DNA of 64,000 bases. It comes from Nitrospinae bacterium CG11_big_fil_rev_8_21_14_0_20_45_15. Its GTDB lineage: Bacteria > Nitrospinota > Nitrospinia > Nitrospinales > VA-1. The translations under genes and the position numbers were made by a program. Location of the stretch: assembly GCA_002787235.1 (NCBI GenBank), contig PCWG01000023.1:3130-67129 (forward strand), written 5' to 3'. This document shows positions 27,597 through 36,688 of the stretch, one piece after another. The notes beneath the pieces are model-generated. The model was not told the DNA's origin and did no database searches. It was given only the letters and a program-made list of their open reading frames with translations. The first letter of the stretch is position 1. The number at the start of each line of letters is the position of its first letter.

Positions 27597-29521
27597 TGGC
27601 CACTAATAACCCATTTTCACACGATCAAAGCCGTTACGAGCGACCCAACTTTCCTTATCGTTGTGGTCGTTCGGTATTATGGCAAAAGCCTTGCCATGAT
27701 GGCCCGGAGTTCGATGGTTCTTGTGGGGGTGTTACCGAATGTTCGCCTGCAAAAAAAGGCGATCGTTGGGAATGCCGCCGGACCAAGATGGCAGGGGGGC
27801 CCTGTGAAGACGGTCCCGATTCTTCAGGGAAATGTTCCCGGACGCAACCGCCTTGTTCACCACGTTCCACGCTCAGGGTGATTCGAGGACGTCTTGCTAT
27901 GTTGGCGTTGGGGATCATTATAGCTTTGATTGGAGGATCGCAGGGTGTGGGCCCGAATGAAGTTGCTTTTCTTGATATTTCCGACCCCGGTCCTATTTCA
28001 AAACCGCATTCCAAGTTCACTGAGAATAAAGGTTGTCAAGCATGCCACGCGAATCATGGAAAAGGGGTTGTTGCATGGACTCAAGCTGTATTTTCTGAAA
28101 ATGACATATCAGCTCAATGTGTCGACTGCCACACTTTCGGCGGGCCAAGTTTTGTAGCGCATAATCGAACAGAGAGCAAGGATAAGAGTTTTGACAGTGT
28201 CAAAACGAAATGCACGATGTGTCACCGTGAGCATACGGGCAATGAGATCACTCGAAAGCTGACCAGCGAACAATGCAATAGTTGTCATAAAACACAATTT
28301 GAAAGCTTTGCCCGTGGTCACCCGAAATTTTCTGAGAAATACCCTTATGAGAGTAGAACCTCTATTTTCTTCGATCACGTGTCACATTTGGGCAAGCATT
28401 TTAAAAATTTAAAACATGCCGATAAGGCACCAAAATTGTGCACGGGATGCCATATCGCAACGTTTGCAAAACAAGAAGTGAAGCCCGCAGGCTTTGAAAC
28501 TTGTGAGAAATGTCATGGCAATCAAATCGGTAAAAAAGAGCTGGTTCTCTTGAGGCTTCCCGAATTCACACAAAATCTTATGGACCCGGAATTGGTTCGT
28601 GATGTTTGTGGTGGAAGCGATTCTGCCGAATCCGACGATGATTTCATGAGTGTTTCCACCGATAAGGCCTCGTTGGTTAGTGCTTACCTGTTGAACATAC
28701 CAACGGATGACCCTGAAGTTTACAATCAACCTTTGCAAAAATTTCTGGAAGGCCTTGTTGAAGAATCTTCCGGTCCTCTGGTTGAATTGATTAAGGAAAA
28801 GACAGGTCAAAAATCAATGACGGAGAAAATGCTGTTTGGTTTGAATCCTGAAGCACTCAAGCGTGCTGTTTGCGCCTGGGGGGCCAATCGAGAGTACGAT
28901 CCTCCGGCGGAGGCAATGGGTGGCTGGTATGCAGATTTGCTGGAATTGCGTTACCGACCTTCGGAACATGGCGATGCGGTTGCTAAAAGCTGGATAGAGT
29001 TTGCTATTTCGGCAGTTGAAAATACGCAAGATGAAGAAGAGATGAATCGTGCGTTGGAACTGCGCGAGCAAATCCTGTCGCCGAAAGAAGGTGTGGGCGG
29101 TTGTATCAAATGTCACAGTATTTCCAATGTGTCTATGCCAGGACAAAATCCAAAGCTGGAGGTTGCCTGGAAGTACAAGGATTCTGTGGAAAAACCGCAT
29201 ATGCGTTTTATTCATGACAGTCATATCGAAATGCTGGGGCTTGGCAGTTCCTGCTCCAATTGCCATCACCTTGACAATGAAGCCGATTATGCATCCAGCT
29301 TTAAAACCTTTGATGCCACTCGTTTCGTTGCCAACTTCAAACCGATAGAAAAGGCAAAATGCGTGAATTGCCACAATGAAGGCAAAATCAAGCAGGATTG
29401 CCAAGTCTGCCACAAGTACCACTTTAAGACGGGTTTCAAACAGTCTATGTTGGCACTCAATGAGAAAAATGAGGCTACTTTTAAAGAACGGGAGCCCGTT
29501 ATAGGGGTAAAGGAGGAATAG
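27596..29521 (+). CDS. Membrane-anchored decahaem c-type cytochrome with a cytoplasmic Cys-rich N-terminal module
   Basis: Ten CxxCH (CQACH, CVDCH, CTMCH, CNSCH, CTGCH, CEKCH, then CIKCH, CSNCH, CVNCH, CQVCH). TM helix LAMLALGIIIALIGG is preceded by RVIRGR. Eight Cys lie in aa 23-87. Confidence 0.85.
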   Translation: MATNNPFSHDQSRYERPNFPYRCGRSVLWQKPCHDGPEFDGSCGGVTECSPAKKGDRWECRRTKMAGGPCEDGPDSSGKCSRTQPPCSPRSTLRVIRGRLAMLALGIIIALIGGSQGVGPNEVAFLDISDPGPISKPHSKFTENKGCQACHANHGKGVVAWTQAVFSENDISAQCVDCHTFGGPSFVAHNRTESKDKSFDSVKTKCTMCHREHTGNEITRKLTSEQCNSCHKTQFESFARGHPKFSEKYPYESRTSIFFDHVSHLGKHFKNLKHADKAPKLCTGCHIATFAKQEVKPAGFETCEKCHGNQIGKKELVLLRLPEFTQNLMDPELVRDVCGGSDSAESDDDFMSVSTDKASLVSAYLLNIPTDDPEVYNQPLQKFLEGLVEESSGPLVELIKEKTGQKSMTEKMLFGLNPEALKRAVCAWGANREYDPPAEAMGGWYADLLELRYRPSEHGDAVAKSWIEFAISAVENTQDEEEMNRALELREQILSPKEGVGGCIKCHSISNVSMPGQNPKLEVAWKYKDSVEKPHMRFIHDSHIEMLGLGSSCSNCHHLDNEADYASSFKTFDATRFVANFKPIEKAKCVNCHNEGKIKQDCQVCHKYHFKTGFKQSMLALNEKNEATFKEREPVIGVKEE

Positions 29522-30792
29522 TGCTTAATTTTATTATCAGTCTTATCCCGCTGACTTTTCTGTTGGGGATGATCGCTTACGTATTGACTTTATTGGCCAA
29601 TAATTCACGTTTGATGGCCATAACGCAAGCTACGGTCGATCTGGAAGCGAAATTGTTAAAGGCCAAAATAGATCAGGTGGTCAATCAACAGCGTCTGGAA
29701 AATGAAAAGAAGACTTCACACTGGAGCGGATTCCGTAAATTTCAAGTCATTGACAGGGTAATGGAGACCGATGATATCTGTTCTTTTTACCTGGCTCCCC
29801 ATGACGGCAAGCGGCTTCCACCTTTCGAGCCGGGACAGTACTTGACCTTTCAGGTGCATCCAGAGGGACAGCCAAAACCTGTTACCCGTTGTTATTCTTT
29901 GTCAGACAGCCCCAATCATCCGGATAGATACCGTGTCTCTATTAAAAAAGTACCCCCGCCACCCAATGAACCTATGGTACCCCCGGGTCTGGTTTCGAAC
30001 TATTTTCACAACTCCCTCAAAGTTGACGACATCATTGATGTGAAGGCTCCGAGTGGTCATTTTCATATTGACCAGACCAAGCAAACGCCGGTTGTTTTAT
30101 TAGGAAGCGGGGTTGGCATCACGCCGGTACTGAGTATTTTGAACAGCATTGCTGAAAGTGACTCGAAACGTGAGACCTGGTTTTTTCTCGGCGTCAAAAA
30201 TCGCAGTGAACATATGATGAAGGAGCATTTGGAGGCTGTTGCCAAACAACACGAAAATATTGAGGTTAAAATATGTTACAGCCGACCCGAAGCGAGCGAT
30301 GTGGAGGGGCAGGATTATCATTATGGAGAACGCGTCTCTGTTGATTTGTTGAAACGTGTTCTTCCCTCCAATAATTATGATTATTATCTTTGCGGTCCGC
30401 CGCCCATGATCAAGTCTTTGCGAACCGATCTGGAGGCGTGGGGTGTTCCAAAAGCTAAAGTGCATTTTGAAGCTTTTGGACCAGCGACTGTCAAAAAAAA
30501 TACGGACGAAAAGCCAGCCACTACAGAGAAAACAAGTACGATCCAAGTGACTTTTGCACGAACTTCAAAGACGATGACCTGGAATTCAGCGGTCAGCTCA
30601 ATCCTGGATTTTGCCGAAGCCAATGGCATCCCCATGGAGTCAGGCTGTAGAGCCGGAAATTGCGGGACTTGTCTGGTGGCTATCAAATCGGGTGAAATTT
30701 CCTATGTGGGTGAGCCCGGTTCTACTCCAGAAGCGGGTTCCTGTCTCGCATGTATCTCAGTTCCAAAGAGTGATTTGATCGTTGATGCTTAA
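29521..30792 (+). CDS. Membrane-anchored ferredoxin-NAD(P)H reductase-family flavoprotein with a C-terminal plant-type 2Fe-2S domain
   Basis: GTG start overlapping the preceding TAG, with AAGGAGG upstream. N-terminal TM (IISLIPLTFLLGMIAYVLTLL). FAD motif RCYSLS. NAD(P) motif LLGSGVGITP. C-terminal CRAGNCGTC...CLAC. Confidence 0.85.
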   Translation: MLNFIISLIPLTFLLGMIAYVLTLLANNSRLMAITQATVDLEAKLLKAKIDQVVNQQRLENEKKTSHWSGFRKFQVIDRVMETDDICSFYLAPHDGKRLPPFEPGQYLTFQVHPEGQPKPVTRCYSLSDSPNHPDRYRVSIKKVPPPPNEPMVPPGLVSNYFHNSLKVDDIIDVKAPSGHFHIDQTKQTPVVLLGSGVGITPVLSILNSIAESDSKRETWFFLGVKNRSEHMMKEHLEAVAKQHENIEVKICYSRPEASDVEGQDYHYGERVSVDLLKRVLPSNNYDYYLCGPPPMIKSLRTDLEAWGVPKAKVHFEAFGPATVKKNTDEKPATTEKTSTIQVTFARTSKTMTWNSAVSSILDFAEANGIPMESGCRAGNCGTCLVAIKSGEISYVGEPGSTPEAGSCLACISVPKSDLIVDA

Positions 30793-30971
30793 GAAACACG
30801 GAATTCCGCTGGAGGTTTGATTCCTTTCTCCTGAATGTAGAAGACTGGGAGTATCTTTCCCTTTTGATTCACAATCGCTACTTTTTTTTTGAGAAATTCA
30901 GAGCCGGTGGAATCGGGATTCGGCATGTTTGCATCTAAGTCCATATAACATCCATTTGAAATATAAAAATA

Positions 30972-31784
30972 ATGAATTTGAATTTTACCAAAATGAGTGG
31001 CAGTGGTAACGATTTTGTGATCATTGATAATCGCAAGCCGGTTGTTCCTGCAAATGAGAAAAGAGAATTTGTTCGTAAGATTTGCGCCCGGAGAACTTCT
31101 GTCGGGGCAGATGGTTTTATTTTCATTGAAAATTCTGACACGGCTGATTTTAAGTGGGATTTTTACAACGAGGATGGTTCTTCAGCCGAGATGTGTGGCA
31201 ATGGTGGACGATGTGTGGCCCGCTATGCTGTTGAAAATGGTATTGCCAGCAATGTTTTATCGTTTGAGACAACAGCCGGTCTGATAAGCGCAGAAGTCAA
31301 AGGTGCTACAGTGAAAATCAAACTCACTTCGCCGGTTGATTTACGCGCGGGAGTGGTGCTGGAGCTGGATGGCGAAACGTTTACAGTTGATAGTTTGAAT
31401 ACGGGAGTTCCACATGCCATTGTTTATACGGATTGTATTGAGGATATAGACCTTCCTCGTATAGGTCGGGGTATTCGCTATCATGAAGCCTTTGCACCGG
31501 CAGGGACCAACGTTTGTTTTGTTCAGGTAAATTCTGACGGCTCACTGGTTGTTAGAACGTATGAGCGTGGGGTCGAGGGCGAAACGCTAGCATGCGGAAC
31601 GGGAGTGGTTGCCTCATCCCTGTTGGCTTCACGTCGGAACGAATTGAAGTCACCGATTTCTGCGTTAACGCGTGGGGGAGAGGTGCTGAAAGTATATTTT
31701 GATGCAGGTCAGGAAAATTTTGGAGATGTGTATTTAGAAGGTTTGACGAAAATTTCTTTTACTGGCGTATTGGGCGAACTGTGA
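30972..31784 (+). CDS. dapF: Diaminopimelate epimerase
   Basis: FTKMSGSGNDFVIIDNR, with catalytic Cys motifs EMCGNGGRC and LACGTG. Confidence 0.95.
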   Translation: MNLNFTKMSGSGNDFVIIDNRKPVVPANEKREFVRKICARRTSVGADGFIFIENSDTADFKWDFYNEDGSSAEMCGNGGRCVARYAVENGIASNVLSFETTAGLISAEVKGATVKIKLTSPVDLRAGVVLELDGETFTVDSLNTGVPHAIVYTDCIEDIDLPRIGRGIRYHEAFAPAGTNVCFVQVNSDGSLVVRTYERGVEGETLACGTGVVASSLLASRRNELKSPISALTRGGEVLKVYFDAGQENFGDVYLEGLTKISFTGVLGEL

Positions 31785-31847
31785 TGGGTTTTTTGTCTGT
31801 GACAGATTCATATAGGAAATGCCCGACGTTTTACTACGGAATTTATT

Positions 31848-32717
31848 ATGTTTGAAGGATCGTTTGTAGCACTTGTTACGCCATTCAAAAACGGTAGGGT
31901 GGATGAACCTGCCTTGCGCGCTTTGGTAGATTTTCAGATTGCCAACGGGACTCAGGGAATTGTCCCGTGTGGTACGACGGGAGAATCGGCCACCTTGAGT
32001 CACGCGGAGCATGATGAGGTGATTCGCATTGTCGTGGATGCCTGCAAAGGGAAGATACCTGTATTAGCAGGCACAGGTTCCAACTCAACCGATGAAGCCA
32101 TCACCCTGACTCAGCACGCACAAGCAGCGGGAGCCAGTGGTTCTCTTTTGATCACACCGTATTACAACAAGCCGAGTCAGGAAGGTTTGTATCGACATTT
32201 TAAAACCGTTGCGGCTGAGACCGATCTGCCCGTCATCCTTTACAACGTTCCGGGGCGAACCTCTGTCAATATGCTTCCCAACACGGTGAAACGACTTTCC
32301 GAAATAAAAAATATCGTAGGCGTGAAAGAAGCCTCGGGTTCCTTATCGCAAATCACCGAGATCATTGCTCTTTGTGGAGATGATTTCACAGTATTGTCTG
32401 GTGATGATGGCTTGTTGTGGCCGATACTCTGCGTGGGCGGGAAGGGGGTCATCTCTGTTACCTCCAACATTTTGCCGTCCCGGGTTGCCGCATTGTGTCA
32501 GGCCGCGAGGGATGGAGAGATGGAAAAAGCGAGAAAAATTCATCACGAATTGTTCCGGATAAACGAAATCCTTTTTATTGAAACCAATCCCGTTCCAGTC
32601 AAAGCGGCGTTGCATTTGATGGGGAAAATTGATGATGAAGTGCGCTCCCCGCTTGCGCCTTTGATGCGTGAAAGTTTTGAAAAATTAAAATCTGTTCTCA
32701 GTGATTATTCGCTTTGA
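31848..32717 (+). CDS. dapA: 4-hydroxy-tetrahydrodipicolinate synthase
   Basis: GSFVALVTPF...GIVPCGTTGESATLS...GTGSNST...YYNKPSQEGLY...GVKEASG. Confidence 0.95.
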   Translation: MFEGSFVALVTPFKNGRVDEPALRALVDFQIANGTQGIVPCGTTGESATLSHAEHDEVIRIVVDACKGKIPVLAGTGSNSTDEAITLTQHAQAAGASGSLLITPYYNKPSQEGLYRHFKTVAAETDLPVILYNVPGRTSVNMLPNTVKRLSEIKNIVGVKEASGSLSQITEIIALCGDDFTVLSGDDGLLWPILCVGGKGVISVTSNILPSRVAALCQAARDGEMEKARKIHHELFRINEILFIETNPVPVKAALHLMGKIDDEVRSPLAPLMRESFEKLKSVLSDYSL

Positions 32718-32797
32718 TCATTGGGCCCCGCGTTAATCTTTAAAAACTTTCCAGAATTTTAAACTTGTTTGCAGTGAGAAACCTTTTTTAAAGAATC

Positions 32798-33604
32798 ATG
32801 AATAAAACAACGAAAATTGCTGTCGTAGGCGTTGCTGGAAGAATGGGGAAAACCATTCTGACTTGTATTGAAGAAGAGCCTGAAGCCTCTATTCACGGAG
32901 GCACGGAAGTTTCTGGAAGCCCCAATATTGGTAAGGATCTTGGCGAGCAGGCAGGTTTGGCGCGTAATAACATTGCCGTGACGGACAGTTTGGAAAAAGC
33001 TTTGCAAGGTGCGGATGCGGTCATTGATTTCAGTTCGCCAGAATCCAGCATGGAAACTTTAAAAATGGCAGAAAAATTAGGTGTCGCCGCCGTTATCGGT
33101 ACCACCGGATTCAATGCCGAGCAGAAGAAAGAGATCGCAAAGCGAGCGGAGACGATTGCCTGTGTCCTGGCCCCCAATATGAGCATTGGTGTCAATGTCC
33201 TGTTTAAAATGGCAGGCTTGATCGCCAAGACCCTGGGAGATGCCTACGATGTAGAGATTGTTGAAGCCCATCACAAATTCAAAAAGGATGCTCCCAGTGG
33301 TACCGCAGTACGCCTGTCAGAAATTCTGGCGGAAGCGTTGGAACGCGATCTGGAAGAAGTCGGGGTTTACGGACGCAAGGGATTTGCTGTTCGCGGACCC
33401 AAAGAAATTGGTATCCATACTGTAAGAGCGGGCGATATTGTGGGTGAACATCGAGTCATGTTTGGTGGTATGGGTGAAACTCTGGAGATTTCCCATCGCG
33501 CTCAGAGCCGTGATACTTTTGCACGTGGATCGGTAAGAGCCGCGCTTTGGACCGTGGGCAGGGCTCCGGGTTTATACGATATGCAGGATGTTCTCGGCCT
33601 GTAG
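32798..33604 (+). CDS. dapB: 4-hydroxy-tetrahydrodipicolinate reductase
   Basis: KIAVVGVAGRMGK...DFSSPE...APNMSIGVN...EAHHKFKKDAPSGTA. Confidence 0.95.
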   Translation: MNKTTKIAVVGVAGRMGKTILTCIEEEPEASIHGGTEVSGSPNIGKDLGEQAGLARNNIAVTDSLEKALQGADAVIDFSSPESSMETLKMAEKLGVAAVIGTTGFNAEQKKEIAKRAETIACVLAPNMSIGVNVLFKMAGLIAKTLGDAYDVEIVEAHHKFKKDAPSGTAVRLSEILAEALERDLEEVGVYGRKGFAVRGPKEIGIHTVRAGDIVGEHRVMFGGMGETLEISHRAQSRDTFARGSVRAALWTVGRAPGLYDMQDVLGL

Positions 33605-33735
33605 CCAGTGGCTTTAGGCTGAAAGCTTACGAGTATTTTTGCCAACGGTCTGCAATCGAAAATCAGCACAAATGCTTGCCTGAATGTTCATTGCGGGCTT
33701 GGCCCGCCCGGCGAAACGCCGGATGGAGGTATCCC

Positions 33736-34473
33736 GTGAAATTCAATCGCCGAAATTTTCTGAAAGCATTCTCCGCACTGGGGCTGGCTTTGCTTCCTGG
33801 CAATGGTTACGCCGTCCCCGATTATCGAAACGATAAAAATTTCCCCAAAGAATACGTTCAAAACAGAGATATCCCCGAATTCCACATTCGCAGTGCCAAT
33901 CCTTTCCTGGGTGTCGATATTGACAATTGGGGTTTGGTGGTTGGTGGAAAAGTCAAAAATAAGCTGGCTTTGGGATATGAAGATTTGTTTGGATTTAAAA
34001 CCCATTCCCAGATCTCGCGCTTGAAATGTGTCGAATGCTGGTCTGCAAAAGCAAAATGGGGAGGATTTCGTTTTGAAGAGTTGGTGGAAAGGGCCGAACC
34101 CCATCCCTCGGCAAAATACGTTCATTTGAAATCAGCCGATTCCTATTACGAAAGTTATCTGCTGGAAGAATTGCTCCGACCGCGGGTCCTGCTGGTTTTG
34201 AGTATGAATGGCGCGCCGCTTTCAAAAGATCACGGTTATCCCCTGCGTTTGATCGCTCCTTTCAAGTACGGTTACAAAAATATCAAGTACATCACGCAGA
34301 TTGATTTTGCCGACTCCCAAGGTAGGAATTACTGGTCCAATCATGGCCCCTATTCGGTGGATGGAACCATTCAACCGGGGATAGACCATCCTTTGGATTA
34401 CCATAAAAAACCGTTGCCTATCAACGGGGGAGAAGTTTTCCATCCTTTCGACAAACGCCCTGATCAGGGATGA
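33736..34473 (+). CDS. Tat-exported molybdopterin oxidoreductase, sulfite-oxidase fold (MsrP/YedY-like)
   Basis: GTG at 33736 with GGAGG 5 nt upstream. Twin-arginine signal VKFNRRNFLKAFSALGLALL. Moco-Cys region SRLKCVECWS. MNGAPLSKDHGYPLRLIAPFKYGYKNIKYI. Confidence 0.8.
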   Translation: MKFNRRNFLKAFSALGLALLPGNGYAVPDYRNDKNFPKEYVQNRDIPEFHIRSANPFLGVDIDNWGLVVGGKVKNKLALGYEDLFGFKTHSQISRLKCVECWSAKAKWGGFRFEELVERAEPHPSAKYVHLKSADSYYESYLLEELLRPRVLLVLSMNGAPLSKDHGYPLRLIAPFKYGYKNIKYITQIDFADSQGRNYWSNHGPYSVDGTIQPGIDHPLDYHKKPLPINGGEVFHPFDKRPDQG

Positions 34474-35207
34474 GACTTTTCCTGTTTGCGGCGATTGTCA
34501 TCCTTTGTTGCATTACCCTTGCTTGTGACAGCAAGGAAGAAGTGGAGCAACTCAAGGTTGTTGTTCCGTCCGGGGTGGCTGTGCCTGAAGATATGGTTTA
34601 TATCCCTGCGGGTGACTTTATAATGGGCGATCCTTCAGATCCTAAGACCCTTCAGGGCAAGACCATCCACACAGAAGCTTTTTTGATCGACCGTTACGAG
34701 ACCCGTCGAGGAAAATACGCATCCTTCAAAAGCGATTACAGCTTCGACCCTTCCAAGAAAAATTTTCCCGTCGCCAATATAGATTACGCTTCAGCTGAGG
34801 CGTATTGCCGATTCAAAGGAGGGCGACTCCCGACAGAAGCGGAGTGGGAAAAATCGGCACGCGGCATTGACGATCGTAAATGGCCCTGGCGTAATTTTTA
34901 TCAACATCCCAACAATGGATTTTCAGGATTTTTACCAGAGCCTGTAGACAAGAGGCCGGAATGGATCAGCCCTTACGGGATTTATGGCATGGGGCACAAT
35001 GTCTGGGAATGGACCTCCGACGATTACAGCTATCCCGGACAAGCCCCTGCCGAACTGGGAAAGTTTAAAGTGATACGAGGTGGTTTGACGCAGACGCATA
35101 CGACGATAAAATTCACACCGGTGTTTTTTCGTAACTGGATGGAGCCCACAGCGTCCTATCCGTTCCTGGGGTTTCGCTGTGCCCGCTCAATCAAGTCGGT
35201 CGATTAG
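34470..35207 (+). CDS. FGE-fold (SUMF1/PvdO-type) lipoprotein lacking the FGE catalytic Cys pair
   Basis: Lipobox CCITLAC. MVYIPAGDFIMG, RLPTEAEWEKSARG, GHNVWEWTSD, IRGG, LGFRCARS. ATGA overlap with the upstream gene. Confidence 0.8.
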   Translation: MRLFLFAAIVILCCITLACDSKEEVEQLKVVVPSGVAVPEDMVYIPAGDFIMGDPSDPKTLQGKTIHTEAFLIDRYETRRGKYASFKSDYSFDPSKKNFPVANIDYASAEAYCRFKGGRLPTEAEWEKSARGIDDRKWPWRNFYQHPNNGFSGFLPEPVDKRPEWISPYGIYGMGHNVWEWTSDDYSYPGQAPAELGKFKVIRGGLTQTHTTIKFTPVFFRNWMEPTASYPFLGFRCARSIKSVD

Positions 35208-35232
35208 AAAATTTATCGTTCCACTTGCCTCT

Positions 35233-36006
35233 TCATGCAGGAATCTCACCCCATGTGATGTCATTGTCATTGCAGATCGTCTGGAATTGCGGCTTCTTAA
35301 AATAGAAGCCCTGAAACAGTCGAATCCCTATTTTGTACAGCGTTGAAAATTCGTCATAAGTTTCAACGCCCTCAGCAATGACATCAATGTCCAGTTTACG
35401 GCATACGTAGTGAATACCCTCTACAATTGCCTGGCGTTTGGCATCCTGGTGAACGTTGCGAATGAGAGCCATGTCCAGCTTGATAAGGTCGGGTTGAAAA
35501 TCAGCCAACAGATTCAAGCCAGCGTAGCCCGCGCCAAAATCGTCGATGGCTGTTTTAAAACCAATGTCTTTATAGCAGGTGAAAATATTTTCCAGATGTT
35601 TGTGATCCCTGAAAGGTTCACCTTCGGTCATTTCAAAAATTATGTTTGTGTACGGAAAGTTGAAGCGATCCGCCGCATTGAGAGTGCTTTCGATGCAATG
35701 TCTGGGCTCATAAATGGCATTTGGCATAAAATTTATATTCAAAAATCTATCCAGGTTTTGTTCCGCCGCAAGGGAAATTGCTTTGGTTCTGCATAGCTGA
35801 TCGAAAGCAAACCTGTTTTGAGGATTGACCTGAGACAAAATATCACCTGCAGATTCTTCGTGAACGCCTCTAACCAAAGCCTCAAAAGAAAAAATTTTCT
35901 TTTTGCCCACATCGACGATCGGTTGATAGGCCATGCTGATGTCGAAACCCAACTGTGAATTTGATTGGCATTTCGAGCAGTGAATGTCCTGTTCTGGGTG
36001 GGTCAT
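35233..36006 (-). CDS. Stand-alone EAL-domain c-di-GMP phosphodiesterase
   Basis: FEALVRG, NFMPNA, EMTEGE, DDFGAGYAGLNLL, LIKLD, AEGVET and QGFYF are all present, covering the catalytic residues. Confidence 0.85.
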   Translation of the reverse strand: MTHPEQDIHCSKCQSNSQLGFDISMAYQPIVDVGKKKIFSFEALVRGVHEESAGDILSQVNPQNRFAFDQLCRTKAISLAAEQNLDRFLNINFMPNAIYEPRHCIESTLNAADRFNFPYTNIIFEMTEGEPFRDHKHLENIFTCYKDIGFKTAIDDFGAGYAGLNLLADFQPDLIKLDMALIRNVHQDAKRQAIVEGIHYVCRKLDIDVIAEGVETYDEFSTLYKIGIRLFQGFYFKKPQFQTICNDNDITWGEIPA

Positions 36007-36315
36007 CGTTGGCGTTCCCTTTGAGTTTAAACGAGTTCTTCATTCAATTCATAGTCGCCATTAAATTTTAACCGATCTCATTGTCAGAAGCTGAAATAAT
36101 ATTGCGAAAATATTTCAAGGCACTTTTCGGGCAAGGAAGAAAATGCTTTAATTTGAGAGTCAAGATAGCTAGAATGAATTAAAGAAGCTACCGAGTGTCT
36201 CTAAAAGTTTATTAAGCCGCGAGCAACTTCTCAAGTAGCAAGAGACAGTTGGCTCGGCTGTAACACATTAACCGGTTTAGAGAGAACGGCGCAATGGCTC
36301 TGGAAGTATCAAATA

Positions 36316-36642
36316 ATGACCGAAAGTAGGAGTGGCAAGTCGGGGTGGAATTCTATCGGGGATATTTTTTCCTCGTCGTTAAAGCTCTCCAATTTTAAAA
36401 AGGCCGATCCAGAAGACTGGATTCATTTCCATTGGCCTTTAGTCGTTGGAAAAGAAATCGCTTCAATTTCTCAAGTAGAAGAGATTAAAAGAAAAGTCTT
36501 GCACGTTCGAGTGTCTACTAGAGAATGGTTGCCAGCCCTTGAACCCCTTAAAAATAAATTTACCCAAGAAATTAACCAGCGCGCAGGAATGACATTACTT
36601 ACAAGTATTAAGTTTAAGATAGAGTCCAATTCCCCCTCTTGA
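36316..36642 (+). CDS. DUF721/DciA-like small protein
   Basis: 108 aa with WPLVVGKEIASIS...VLHVRVSTREWLPAL, a pattern typical of DUF721. Assigned from memory. Confidence 0.5.
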   Translation: MTESRSGKSGWNSIGDIFSSSLKLSNFKKADPEDWIHFHWPLVVGKEIASISQVEEIKRKVLHVRVSTREWLPALEPLKNKFTQEINQRAGMTLLTSIKFKIESNSPS

Positions 36643-36688
36643 GAAGTGCCTGACAGCGTTTTTTTGATCAATCAAACCAAAACTACCG

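Noticed and set aside
33547-33735. The longest-ORF start of the MsrP-like gene, which overlaps the dapB 3' end.
   Set aside because: The extension has no signal-peptide character. The GTG at 33736 is preceded by GGAGG and immediately yields a twin-arginine signal.
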